A DNA stretch of 64,000 bases. It comes from a virus. The notes beneath the pieces were generated by a model. The model worked only from the letters and a program-made list of their open reading frames with translations. It was not told the DNA's origin and did not search any database. Position numbers and translations under genes: made by a program. The stretch lies in the IMG/VR virus record IMGVR_UViG_3300037851_000553, positions 1-64,000 of that record; one strand, 5' to 3'. Positions 54,801 to 64,000 of this stretch are shown one piece after another. Numbering within the stretch: position 1 is the stretch's first letter; every line of letters starts with the position of its first letter.

Positions 54801-55920
54801 TAAATTTTGATTCTTCAAATTCTTCACTATCTAAATCTTCTGCAACATCATTTGTTTCAAGACGGTCCACCTTTGGTACTGTTGGAAGCCCAATATCTGT
54901 AACCAGTTTAGCGAACAACTGCGGAGTTCCACTTTCCCACTTTTTTGTAACACCGTTGTAGCTAAGATCAATTTCAGATGCACCAAGAGTAGACGGAGAA
55001 TCTGGATCAAAATCAGAATAACCCCCATCAGACGATGAACTAAAAACTTTTCCGTTAACATCTCTTTTGGGTGCTACATATGTAAGATTTTTTAAAGTTA
55101 CCGCTTTGTTGGCTGTTGTAGACGTAATATCATCAAACAAATAAAGTTTAAATGGAACCCACTCGGTAATAGAACAATTTAAAGTCCCGTTGTTTTCATT
55201 GATATAAAATGTGAGTTCACCACTCCACTCAATATATGGACCAAATTTAGAAGATTTTATTTCTGTTAATAATTCATGAGAAGCAAAAATCTTGTTTGTC
55301 TCTTTTCCACCGATGGTATCCGAATCTTTATCCCAAGTAGATCTTGGAAAAAAATCATCAAATGAATTCATATAACGATTCATATTGATGAGCGATGAAA
55401 GAGGTCGTATGTCTAAAAGGCTTGGGTTTGGAGATCTTGCCACGGTTTTGATAAAACTGGTCGCATTTTCGTTAAGAGTTCCCCCAACAATCGGGGTTGT
55501 TGCGTCAAAACTTTCAGAAAGAAGATCTGAAACACTAACAACACCAACAGCAGACTCAAAGCTCCAAGGGTTTGAACCACCGGTATTTGCGTCTGATAAA
55601 TCCTGTTTCTTGTAAACGCCAGCGTTTTGCAACTCTTTGTTTGGTTTCCACCCATACCAAAAGAATTCGGTCTCGTTGGTTATACCAAGCACAGAATAAA
55701 TTCCGTTATCTGGATTAGATAGCTCTTCTTTATTTCTTGTGTTGTTAAAAAGCGTTCTATTTAAATAATAACCATCGAAAGTTACATCGTTCCACCAAGC
55801 GTATAAAGTCCCGGTAGTAAACATACCAAGACCAACCTCAATCATATATGGATGATTTGTAACAAATAAATGATGGTCACTAACATCCTGGTTCATTAAT
55901 TTTTCAGTAAAAAATGACAT
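51820..55920 (-). CDS. very large hypothetical virion (tail/baseplate-type) protein
   Basis: Uninterrupted 1366 aa ORF. The function guess rests only on size and on being in an operon with other large proteins. Confidence 0.6.
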   Translation of the reverse strand: MSFFTEKLMNQDVSDHHLFVTNHPYMIEVGLGMFTTGTLYAWWNDVTFDGYYLNRTLFNNTRNKEELSNPDNGIYSVLGITNETEFFWYGWKPNKELQNAGVYKKQDLSDANTGGSNPWSFESAVGVVSVSDLLSESFDATTPIVGGTLNENATSFIKTVARSPNPSLLDIRPLSSLINMNRYMNSFDDFFPRSTWDKDSDTIGGKETNKIFASHELLTEIKSSKFGPYIEWSGELTFYINENNGTLNCSITEWVPFKLYLFDDITSTTANKAVTLKNLTYVAPKRDVNGKVFSSSSDGGYSDFDPDSPSTLGASEIDLSYNGVTKKWESGTPQLFAKLVTDIGLPTVPKVDRLETNDVAEDLDSEEFEESKFIPASGIAMPIRPQNGNPLQWQPNYLDSDDVRCRDATNKKKETIVVYNYNTRRRFKRDEEVLLSRIDGQWHVIPLWAGTDEGDAVVAGVNRWGEFTYMATNSEFFFRTENGARFSPRDAELSFHKLYYQGDSLNENTDYGVSGGYNKEQPFNTVGFIPTQIAHGYFQTTSFDYLDKKLFGIRGVPGSFIGQAGEDLCSISTTSAIKNSAGREIPKPNPQFATRNAAHAGLFFGCFFPEGYNNTTQFIQARNWNIIGSTTGSIVDPSVFFWTQGENYSSYPLRAANATSDRNNCRQPAVADPLEELTENNNSWSRYDDRYSANLFAEQVQNTALTFPQMPADVMLNASPTGENGSPIYSVHRFKNFYNPSADKHLEASRAFLQACWLSKESLSDEDEEENRYTKGDSAFDLLPVNRQSLTFRPLKMEGYVQFGRDANNAAAFEKVKDLSVNTGSHGSRVGFCVEAHRTQKDGKRPCSYFVEDRETQLNSDYFELLYQPDHGLKWGGDLSYKPSYTNLHEFSYWEAENGGALTWTRSLNGNWRGAGAFGVITTFTTVSANSQINFITDNIYGMGAAANGRFSVSAGNTGQDKTWGVASFLDSYRQENIIDLSVRIYQQHPRDQLLYDPRTFAVHHFNPDVRYANNKFVKDDGTVEDFNRETENVELSGRDENGNPITFFYSSTKTFSTVDFREISRYETDSHEDGENYQSVVLTTGEYVLLDACYNGQFLPAVINNQRFWHVNSNRVGKLLPYKYGRLTVGVSFEENEVINFSNGDRVIDSASLNDTPVENLLNKIVIKNAGNSYAVGDVVGSSSLQISFEVTATGVGGSVAGLKCISPGVITNFSSFAAKQDVFGPNSSGQITIRTIDTAAGEDFEAYFVAGRVYSKVYVDSKPYLMKRDGQEIVRIAAPEPQGTHLTTGFTPAAENGAFIDKSHEVLYILDQTLLSENRQYDVFFHFHNDISMTWLASNSDFHGDFRNITECAEQHVTVRINPR

Positions 55921-55926
55921 ATCCTA

Positions 55927-58900
55927 TTACTCCTGGTTTTTATTGTCCAAACGATCATTAAACCAACGACCAACATATGGTTCGACACTAGGCAAAACGC
56001 TGTTTGGCAAATTAGAATAAGCCTGAAGTATGGAAGCCATTGGTGCAATAACGTTTTGTCCAAACTGTCTGGCCAACGTATTACGGTCCATAAGACCAAA
56101 CAAACGTGTTGCATCTTCTTTGGTCATAACCGCACCGTTGTTATCACCAACAGAAATTATGGTATCCTGAATTTCTCTGCCAAGTTTTTCGTTCGTGTTG
56201 ATTTGTCTTGTGATTTCACTGGCTATATCTGAAATACGTTTTCCTCCAGCTTGCATTACTGTGTTTACAAGGTCAGCACTTGTTTGCCTCTTGCCCAAAC
56301 CTCTACGAATAGCATTATTTTTTTCGTCAAGCAAACGTTGTCTTTCGCGAGCTATTTGACTTATAGCCATTTCTTTTTGTTTTTGTAGTTTTCCAAACCG
56401 CGATGTATAAAGATCCATTTTTACGGTCGTTTTAACACCGTTTGTTGGATCAACCTGAATACCAATAGACGTTATCAGCGGACCACCATCCTTTAGTGCT
56501 GTGGCTAAGGCTATGCCCGTGGGTGCGTCTGGAATAACAAAACCACCACGTTCACTAAAAAGCAACAAGCTGTTAGAAAACTGTGCTTGCAAACTTCCAG
56601 CCTGATCCATAAGTTGATACCCAGCATAATTCCACGGTGCTAAATTTTCATCCTTGATAAATTCTACTCTACCACCAATGTTCGAATATTTTATTCTAGC
56701 ATCGGCAGATGAATCAAGTTGACTTGCAGACAACCAAGGCCCATAACAACGCTCTTGAGACATAAGAGGAATTGCTATCAAGTCTGGAAACACGGGCGAA
56801 GGGCTTGTAAATCCAAGCTCTATTTGGGGTTGACCCAAAGCAAAGCCTTTTAACACCTTCTTTGTAATTCTCCTGGCAGAAGAAATTTCTTCCAAAGAAA
56901 TCTTGATCCAATCATCTTCTAGACCGGGGCTATATCCAACTGGCTGTTTACCACCGCCATTTTTTTCTCTTTCAACATCTTTGGGCGTTGGTCTTTGGTG
57001 AGAACCAATCAAGCCATAATTTTTAGCTTCTTGTTCTGCCTGTTCTTGAGTTTCATAAACTGGTGCTGGACCACACGGAAGCATAGTTCTTGTCAAATCA
57101 GCAGATGGTAAACTTGGCTTAGAAAATTCTGGAATTTTAACAACATCTTGTGTCATAAGATGCTTTATTCTCCACGTATTATAAGCCTGCATTGGGCCGT
57201 CTTTCCATCTAACATCAATTGTGCTTTTTATTCTTCCTGGGACCGTAATAAGTGCATACACATGCTCATCATCAAGCTGTGGAATGTCTGTATTTACAAT
57301 CCATCCGTTTAAATTTTCATCCCATCGACGCTCAAAATCTGTCCAAGAAGCAGACGAGCCATCCTTGCCGCCATTTCTTGGAACAGAAAATACCGGTAAG
57401 GCCCTGGGAAATTCATTTCTAAAACCACCAGTACAATCTTCTTTGATTTCTCTAACAAGTTTCATTTCTGGGAAAGAAAATTTCATTTCATACTCGTTGG
57501 CCCACACATCAAGATTTTTTTTCTGAAGTTTTGGTGGTAGATACAGTCTTTCTTCTATTTCGCACTTGACAAACGCTACAGAATCTTTTTTACGTTCTAA
57601 CAATCTTTGATCTTTTGTTAGTTCGTTGATAGAATCAAACGAAGTTTCTGCGTCAATATTGTTGTTTGGTAAAGACTCCACAATATCTGGAACAAATTGA
57701 CCACCAAATTCTATTGTTTGCTGTGTTATATCTTCTGGATTAACGCCGGTAAAATCCAAAGTATGACTATGATTATACTTTACATAACACTGCATTCTGT
57801 TGGAATCTGACAATAAATTTTGAACATCAATTGGAAGCAATCCTTGTTGCATAACCAGGGGCAAACTAGAAAACGGAATTCTACCATTTAAATATTCTAA
57901 TGAAGTTAAATTTGTGCCAAACAAACTGTGGCTATAAAATCCTCCTTGTGGTTCTGGTTTATAATTCCACTCCCAAGATTCTGAGAATGGATTATAATTT
58001 CCTTTTAAGGCACCATTTGTATAATTAGAAGAAATACCAAGTTTAAACCCGTTGTCTGGAAACGCAGAGTTGGTATAATCTTCTAAGTAATGGTGAAACA
58101 AACTTTCTTCAGAAATAAGACGCGAAAATTTTATTTGGTCAATTTCTAGTTGAAACAGTGGGCTTGAAGCGTAGTTTGGATCAGCGTTGATTGGTCTTGG
58201 AACAAAACCAAACGGGCCAGTAGCCACATTATATGGTTGTGTCCCGGTAAATGTGTTTACAGAAACATTATAATTAAGATTGCAAGCCTTCGGAATTCTA
58301 ACAAGAAATTTTTTACCCAAACATTCGTCAGCAATCTTACGAATAAACTCATATACCTTTTTAGCGTTTTCTGTGTGTTTTCTTGCCGTTTTTTCAATAT
58401 TAAAAAGTGTTGTTGCCAGACTTCCGTTCTCAGGCTTGTCTAAATTTTCAACCAACGAAATTAAGCCCTTGGTAGCAAGTGCATTTGACTTTAACTCATC
58501 AAAATTATTCAATATTGAGACTGCTTCTTCCTTCTTTTCTATCAAACTTCTATATATCGGGGTATTTTTGTATGAATCATCTTTTTTACCCTTTGCAAGA
58601 TTCTGCAACTGTTTTGAAATTTCATTGTTGTATTTGTCCAAACGATCTTTCCCAAGATTTAAAAGCGGTGAATTTTTATTTTCAAATTGCTTTTTAAGAT
58701 CTTCTATATCGGAAACAACACGGGTTTTTGTGTTTAACACACTTATGACACCAGCCTCAACTATACCAATGCGTGTTGCACGCTTGTAGTATAACGGATA
58801 ACCAAACGGTGGAGAACAAGGGCTGGCTGGATATCCATCTTCTGTCATATACGGTCTATCAGAATCCCAAACACATCTTGGTACCGTAACCGCAAATTGA

Positions 58901-61056
58901 CGATTTTTTAACAAATCCAAGTATTCTTCTATTCTTTGTTTTGGAATTCCTTCTTCCAACGAATCAAAATTAACATTTGCTTTAAATTGATCAAGCACCC
59001 TGTTTATTTGATCATTTTCTGTAGAAAGTGCATCAAAAAATGCTGAGTGTTCTGATATATCTTCAATGTAAACGTCGTTGTATGACAACAAGAAATTTTT
59101 CCATGTATCAAACGAAACAAGTGCAGCACGAAGCTCTAATTCTGTTGCTACATAATAGTTTCCAACGCCAAAAGCATCTAATTCTCTTGCGTCAAGTAAA
59201 ATCTGTTGAAAAGAACCAAAGCCTCTTGGAATTGAAACAGCCTTGTTTCCTAAAAGCCCATAATATGGGATTAATTGTTGTTGTAGCTGAGTTCTTAAAT
59301 CCCACTGCTGCATTTGTAGAATATTTAAATTGTCTGCGTTTTCTTCCAGCTTCCATAATGTATCTCTATCTCTTTCTGTAGAAAATAAATACATGTCAAC
59401 TTCTTGTGCTCCAACAACAAATTTGTCAGTAACAACATTTGACAATTCAAATCCAACATCTTGATTTTCTACATGTATACCCCTATCTTCTAGCTCGTCC
59501 AAATACGATTTTATAGCACCATATCTTGGTTGCGTTGTACGATCAATAGCATCCAAACGTATGATGCCAGCAACAATATTTTCTGGTCTTTTTGCTTTTA
59601 CTTGTTCTTGGTTGTATTTCCAAAGAAAATCACAAGCTGGATGATCAATCACAGGAAGCAAAGTAACATAAAGATCATGACTTATTATGTCACACAACTC
59701 TTGTGCTAAACTCAATAAATCAATCTTATCAAAGTCCATATAATATAACAACGGAATTCTTTCTGTTGGAATTCCACCAAAGTCTACTACATAATTATAT
59801 CCACGGAAATTTATTTGTCCACCAAAACCTGCGTTTACATATTCTTGTGGTAAGAACCCATAATATTGAAAAATAGCAGCTAGCCCATGAGAAATTCTAT
59901 ACCAAGGCATACCCTTATCGCTGCGTCTAGAAAAACCCTGACCAGTAATTGGAAAGAACTCTGGTTTTACACTACCGTTAAAAGCATTTAAACCAAAATA
60001 ATATTGATCTTGTAGATTTACAACTCTGCCAGGAATAAACACTTCTGATAAACCGGTCTTTGTCCAAGTAAAATCGTTTGTTAGCACATTTGCTAAAGAT
60101 TTATTTGGATCTGTTTCCCATCCATCAACACTGTTCCAATTAGCAGAAATTCCAAAATAATCAAGGTTACCAAAACCGTCAACAAATTTTTCTACAATTC
60201 CAGCCATTATTTGAGAATTTCTAAAATCTTGCAGCAGTACCGTAGAAGGGTCATATTCTAAAAACCCATAGAGATTGATGATATTTTTGTTGTTAAATAC
60301 TGTTCCCTGATAATTGTTTAAAAGTACCTCTACGCTAGCAAGAATTTCTCGCGGATCAACAACGGTAACAGAAAAAAGAGACCCCTCCAAACTTTTATTT
60401 TGCGTATAGCTTTGTAAAATACCACCAAAAACAAAGTGGTTTCTTCCACGCCAAGATGTATTGCTGTTCCACAATATGCTACGATCTTCAATAACGTTTC
60501 TGGTCAAATCAACAAAATTATATCGTTCTAGTTGATTAAAATTTTCTGGATCATATGGTGTTTCTGGAAAATCCCAACCCCAAGCATTGTTTCGATTTGT
60601 TTTAGTTGGTAATGTTTGAACTTTGTATAGATTATCAAAAGTTTGACGAAAAGCCTGTTCAATGTTCGCGAAATTTTTTCCAAACTTAAAATAAACAGGG
60701 CTTCCAACAATTGGAGGTAAAAATGTATCTTGTACACCGCTATGATATGGGTCGTCACCCATCCCAATTGGTGTTCCGTCTGAACTATTGAATTCGTCAT
60801 TAACAATTTGAACATTAAGTGTTGACGTAGTATCACCAAAACCGGCATTTAAATCAAAGCTGCGTACAGAACCGCCAAGAAAAGTTTGTTGAATAAAACC
60901 TTCGTTTCCAACGTTTTTTTGCAAAATATTGTCAATTGTCCAGCCGCCAGTAGACAACGATCCGCTAGCACCAGCCGGAATATTATGGTGTACGGGCCAG
61001 TTTTTCCCAAACTCGCCCGACGGCGGAACAATGCCGTAATTATTTTCTAGTGTCAT
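55927..61056 (-). CDS. very large hypothetical virion protein
   Basis: Uninterrupted 1709 aa ORF with a central coiled-coil-like region. No catalytic motif recognised. Confidence 0.6.
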   Translation of the reverse strand: MTLENNYGIVPPSGEFGKNWPVHHNIPAGASGSLSTGGWTIDNILQKNVGNEGFIQQTFLGGSVRSFDLNAGFGDTTSTLNVQIVNDEFNSSDGTPIGMGDDPYHSGVQDTFLPPIVGSPVYFKFGKNFANIEQAFRQTFDNLYKVQTLPTKTNRNNAWGWDFPETPYDPENFNQLERYNFVDLTRNVIEDRSILWNSNTSWRGRNHFVFGGILQSYTQNKSLEGSLFSVTVVDPREILASVEVLLNNYQGTVFNNKNIINLYGFLEYDPSTVLLQDFRNSQIMAGIVEKFVDGFGNLDYFGISANWNSVDGWETDPNKSLANVLTNDFTWTKTGLSEVFIPGRVVNLQDQYYFGLNAFNGSVKPEFFPITGQGFSRRSDKGMPWYRISHGLAAIFQYYGFLPQEYVNAGFGGQINFRGYNYVVDFGGIPTERIPLLYYMDFDKIDLLSLAQELCDIISHDLYVTLLPVIDHPACDFLWKYNQEQVKAKRPENIVAGIIRLDAIDRTTQPRYGAIKSYLDELEDRGIHVENQDVGFELSNVVTDKFVVGAQEVDMYLFSTERDRDTLWKLEENADNLNILQMQQWDLRTQLQQQLIPYYGLLGNKAVSIPRGFGSFQQILLDARELDAFGVGNYYVATELELRAALVSFDTWKNFLLSYNDVYIEDISEHSAFFDALSTENDQINRVLDQFKANVNFDSLEEGIPKQRIEEYLDLLKNRQFAVTVPRCVWDSDRPYMTEDGYPASPCSPPFGYPLYYKRATRIGIVEAGVISVLNTKTRVVSDIEDLKKQFENKNSPLLNLGKDRLDKYNNEISKQLQNLAKGKKDDSYKNTPIYRSLIEKKEEAVSILNNFDELKSNALATKGLISLVENLDKPENGSLATTLFNIEKTARKHTENAKKVYEFIRKIADECLGKKFLVRIPKACNLNYNVSVNTFTGTQPYNVATGPFGFVPRPINADPNYASSPLFQLEIDQIKFSRLISEESLFHHYLEDYTNSAFPDNGFKLGISSNYTNGALKGNYNPFSESWEWNYKPEPQGGFYSHSLFGTNLTSLEYLNGRIPFSSLPLVMQQGLLPIDVQNLLSDSNRMQCYVKYNHSHTLDFTGVNPEDITQQTIEFGGQFVPDIVESLPNNNIDAETSFDSINELTKDQRLLERKKDSVAFVKCEIEERLYLPPKLQKKNLDVWANEYEMKFSFPEMKLVREIKEDCTGGFRNEFPRALPVFSVPRNGGKDGSSASWTDFERRWDENLNGWIVNTDIPQLDDEHVYALITVPGRIKSTIDVRWKDGPMQAYNTWRIKHLMTQDVVKIPEFSKPSLPSADLTRTMLPCGPAPVYETQEQAEQEAKNYGLIGSHQRPTPKDVEREKNGGGKQPVGYSPGLEDDWIKISLEEISSARRITKKVLKGFALGQPQIELGFTSPSPVFPDLIAIPLMSQERCYGPWLSASQLDSSADARIKYSNIGGRVEFIKDENLAPWNYAGYQLMDQAGSLQAQFSNSLLLFSERGGFVIPDAPTGIALATALKDGGPLITSIGIQVDPTNGVKTTVKMDLYTSRFGKLQKQKEMAISQIARERQRLLDEKNNAIRRGLGKRQTSADLVNTVMQAGGKRISDIASEITRQINTNEKLGREIQDTIISVGDNNGAVMTKEDATRLFGLMDRNTLARQFGQNVIAPMASILQAYSNLPNSVLPSVEPYVGRWFNDRLDNKNQE

Positions 61057-61059
61057 ATT

Positions 61060-61614
61060 TTATCCTCCTCCAAATCCTACCCAACCATTATAAGCATTAA
61101 AGTCTATAGCCACCCTATATGTTGATATATATGGAATCCTAATTGGTGGCGGTAGGGGTCTTGAGCGATTAGACGGATATCTCTCATGATGAATGTAATC
61201 ATTAAAAATTGTAAAATCTTCTATTTCTTTAGTATCAGAATCAACAGCGTTAGAAAATTGAGATAAGAACTCGTTAAAGTGAAAAATTCCAGATTCTCTT
61301 TCTTCGTCTACTAAAGCGTCTTGATCCGGTCCATATGTTTTTATTATACCAGAAGCGTCCCACCAATCGTTACTGAACTGATCTGGAAACATTCCCCTGT
61401 TTGTACCAGACGTAAAAGCAAGATCGTTTGGGGTTGACAGATTTGGATATGGAAATGGCTCATTTATGTTAACCTGTCTAAAATCAAATCCGTTTGATTC
61501 GCCAGAAGGCAATACGCCAGAAACCATTTGAACCCTTTGTTGTGGGGTCAATGGTAATTGTGGTCCAAGTCCAGCGTTATAAAAATCATTCCACGTTGGT
61601 GTTGGGTCGGCCAT
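61060..61614 (-). CDS. hypothetical virion protein
   Basis: 184 aa, 3 nt gap to the downstream gene. Confidence 0.5.
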   Translation of the reverse strand: MADPTPTWNDFYNAGLGPQLPLTPQQRVQMVSGVLPSGESNGFDFRQVNINEPFPYPNLSTPNDLAFTSGTNRGMFPDQFSNDWWDASGIIKTYGPDQDALVDEERESGIFHFNEFLSQFSNAVDSDTKEIEDFTIFNDYIHHERYPSNRSRPLPPPIRIPYISTYRVAIDFNAYNGWVGFGGG

Positions 61615-63338
61615 TATTTATCCAGTTCATATGTGAAAGAGACATTGAACGAATAAGCACCGTCTTTTGGTGTCCAATTCTCTGTCGGTGGCGATATGAA
61701 ATATTTCCTAACTCCTGGTTCACCCTGTGGACTAAGTTCTTTTAATAGCTGTGCGATCTGACTAGCCGTTGGTTCTACCAGGCTGGGTTTCTTCAAAACA
61801 AGAGAGCGTCTATCTCCACTATAAGGAATTTTTGTATAATCCATAATAAGATTAATAGATATTTCTCTACGATATTCTGTTCTTCCGCCCATATATTGTA
61901 AAACTGGGCCGGTTTTTCTTCCAAGCACAGGAATTATAGCAAAAACATCGCCAGGATATGTATCATTAATTTGTATATTTTCAGAAACAACTCCAGAAAT
62001 AATATTTGTTGGTCTATTATCAAAAGATACGTTGTATGTAATGTCGCCAGTAAATTGATTTGTTCCAACACTTAAAGAAACAGGCTGAGAATTTAATTGA
62101 ACGGCAACAAGGTTGTTTGCTCTTTTATAAACATCGCTAGTCAAACCAAACAAACCGCTATTAGAAATTTGATTATACTTATTGAGTGCGTTTGTATAAG
62201 CACCACTAGCCGATGTAAGTGTCGGGTCTCCCAATTTGTCTGGTGGAACTTGAGACAAACCCTTGATAGTTCCATCAATAGACACTGTTACAAACGGGCT
62301 ACTGTTTGATATAGAGGTTGTCATACTGTAATTTTCTGTAGACAACCCGCTACTCAGTAACCAATTTTCTGTGACAGAATATGTACCGGCTGTTTCGTTT
62401 ATTTGTTCTGTTCTTACATGATTATAGCCACCATAAGAATTAACCAAACTAACAGTACCAGAGCCAATTAAACCAACAACGTTTGGATAATAGCCGCTTG
62501 GATTTAATGACAATCTTGTTAGGACAAAGTTTCTAGCCTGCTGCCAAGCCGGTTTGTGTATTTTACCCTCCCAATCATATACGGTCTTACCAGTAGCATT
62601 CAAAGAGTGTGATATTCTATATGATCTAGGGTTCGCTACAGATTCTCCAACAGAATCATCGGTTTCTAGAGTCCAATCCTCATTGTAATCCTCTATAAAA
62701 AACGTACTGTCGCTTTCAAGAAGCTGCTGAAATTCTGTGTTTATGGTTCTTAATTCGCCACTATTAGCATACGTTCCTTCAAAATCAACCAGAGCGTTTT
62801 CGTCTGTGCCAGCATTGTCTCTAAGTAGATAGTCAGCTTCTAGAACAATTGTATACTGACACGTTGTAACGTAAGCACCGTCTGTAAAATCAATACTAAT
62901 GACCCTTGGGTAACATATGATCGTTGCCCCAGCATCATCAAAAATATCAGAAAGCTCTATTCTTTGTCCATCTTGTGCAAACAAAGCACGCAAAGCACGT
63001 TGTTTGCTTAACATAGCACTAGAATTTTTATTGTCCACTTTTTGCCGCCACGGTTTAGGACGACTACTTATAGGCTCTTTATCAAAAAGACCGTATGGAC
63101 CAATAAATTCAGACGGCTCGTGTGATACCTCAAAAAAACCAAAAGGCGTGTTTGTGGCAGGATTTAACGCATACGGGGTTCCGTGGTCAGCAAGCAGTGT
63201 TCCAGTCAAAGTAATCGTATACGTTACACCAAAATTTCCCTCTTTATTTTTAAGAACATTTTCAGAAATTTGTATGAAAGGCGTTGGCCTTATCGTACAA
63301 TCCTGATTTGGGTCGTTTTGATAGCGTACTCGAAGCAT
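61614..63338 (-). CDS. hypothetical virion protein
   Basis: 574 aa. Start and stop each overlap a neighbouring gene by 1 nt. Confidence 0.55.
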   Translation of the reverse strand: MLRVRYQNDPNQDCTIRPTPFIQISENVLKNKEGNFGVTYTITLTGTLLADHGTPYALNPATNTPFGFFEVSHEPSEFIGPYGLFDKEPISSRPKPWRQKVDNKNSSAMLSKQRALRALFAQDGQRIELSDIFDDAGATIICYPRVISIDFTDGAYVTTCQYTIVLEADYLLRDNAGTDENALVDFEGTYANSGELRTINTEFQQLLESDSTFFIEDYNEDWTLETDDSVGESVANPRSYRISHSLNATGKTVYDWEGKIHKPAWQQARNFVLTRLSLNPSGYYPNVVGLIGSGTVSLVNSYGGYNHVRTEQINETAGTYSVTENWLLSSGLSTENYSMTTSISNSSPFVTVSIDGTIKGLSQVPPDKLGDPTLTSASGAYTNALNKYNQISNSGLFGLTSDVYKRANNLVAVQLNSQPVSLSVGTNQFTGDITYNVSFDNRPTNIISGVVSENIQINDTYPGDVFAIIPVLGRKTGPVLQYMGGRTEYRREISINLIMDYTKIPYSGDRRSLVLKKPSLVEPTASQIAQLLKELSPQGEPGVRKYFISPPTENWTPKDGAYSFNVSFTYELDK

Positions 63339-64000
63339 TAGTATCCCCGCATTCTAAGTGGAAGTGAACTCGTGGTCTGCGTATTGGTTACATTCAAATT
63401 CAAGATTCCAGAGTGCCCACTTGGAGCCTCAGTGAACAATGAAACATTTCCACTAGATAGACCAAGAATAGCAGATTGATACAAATTCACTGTATTATAC
63501 ACATTTGCACGATCTGGACCAACTAGAACCAGATTCATATCTTCAGAAATTGGTGCCTGACTACCAGAAGCCACAAGGTTAAATACGCCACTGTTTGACA
63601 GCGGTGGATATAGTTGAAGCTCAACCTTTTCAACGTATGGTCTGTGTGCAACAAAACCCTTGGCTGACGGGTCAAACCCAGAAACCTCCAAGAAGATTTC
63701 GCCGTTCTTGTTGGTGAAAATTATACCAGAAACTTTATAAGTTTGCGATTCACCAGAAACGTTTTGGTATACCCTCATTTCAACCCTATCGGTCGCGTTT
63801 CTGTCTCTCTTTTGTCCAAATACATGAGCGTCAATCCATCCTCCACTGTTTGGAATTGACGGAATTTGTTCTCTAAGCATAGCGTCAAAACAATATGCGG
63901 CACCAGCATCAACAAGCTCTTGGGATGGGTGATTTCCACTTGTTGGCCAATAATGCCTTGGGGCACCAACCACCAATGTATAATCACTATCTCCGCGAGC
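63338..64000 (-). CDS. hypothetical virion protein with FG-GAP-like motif, N-terminus outside window
   Basis: The frame stays open to the window edge (ARGDSDYTLVVGAPRH...AGAAYCFD). The track start at 63976 is an internal TTG. Confidence 0.55.
   Translation of the reverse strand, partial: ARGDSDYTLVVGAPRHYWPTSGNHPSQELVDAGAAYCFDAMLREQIPSIPNSGGWIDAHVFGQKRDRNATDRVEMRVYQNVSGESQTYKVSGIIFTNKNGEIFLEVSGFDPSAKGFVAHRPYVEKVELQLYPPLSNSGVFNLVASGSQAPISEDMNLVLVGPDRANVYNTVNLYQSAILGLSSGNVSLFTEAPSGHSGILNLNVTNTQTTSSLPLRMRGY

Noticed and set aside
1-64000. tRNA, rRNA, CRISPR arrays, integrase or attachment sites, transposase or IS elements
   Set aside because: Intergenic gaps are too short (the largest are ~180 and ~130 nt) and show no cloverleaf-like or direct-repeat/spacer structure. 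No ORF has integrase or transposase motifs that I recognise. This was not checked with tRNAscan or Rfam.

Overview
AT-rich, very densely coding window with the architecture of a large tailed dsDNA phage genome; I saw no rRNA, tRNA or CRISPR array. All calls come from motif recognition by eye, and no searches were run. Nt 1-50943 is one + strand block with many ATGA-type coupled starts. (1) Nucleotide metabolism: thioredoxin, class Ia nrdA/nrdB, MazG, PhoH. (2) Replication and recombination: RecA-like ATPase, DnaB, DnaG-type primase, dNMP kinase, Cas4-like nuclease. (3) A terminator-flanked RTX/Ca-binding-repeat gene followed by a small secreted protein. (4) About 28 carbohydrate-chemistry genes in 17.1-23.2 kb and 28.8-48.3 kb: at least 10 glycosyltransferase-like proteins, glf, fcl, an SDR epimerase/dehydratase, nucleotidyltransferases, a kinase, an aldolase, an HAD phosphatase, a GDPD-like enzyme, four methyltransferases and a sulfotransferase. 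(5) Embedded in that island, a DNA polymerase III alpha gene split into two ORFs, separated by an HNH homing endonuclease, a DnaQ-like exonuclease and a small membrane protein. A bidirectional terminator at about 50.95 kb separates this block from a convergent - strand operon (51003 to beyond 64000) encoding very large, unrecognisable virion-type proteins (1366 and 1709 aa). The last of these has an FG-GAP-like motif and runs off the window. Most interesting: the phage-borne glycan factory with no visible export machinery, the split dnaE, and a recoded duplicate of the dnaE-N 3' end that marks the homing-endonuclease insertion.
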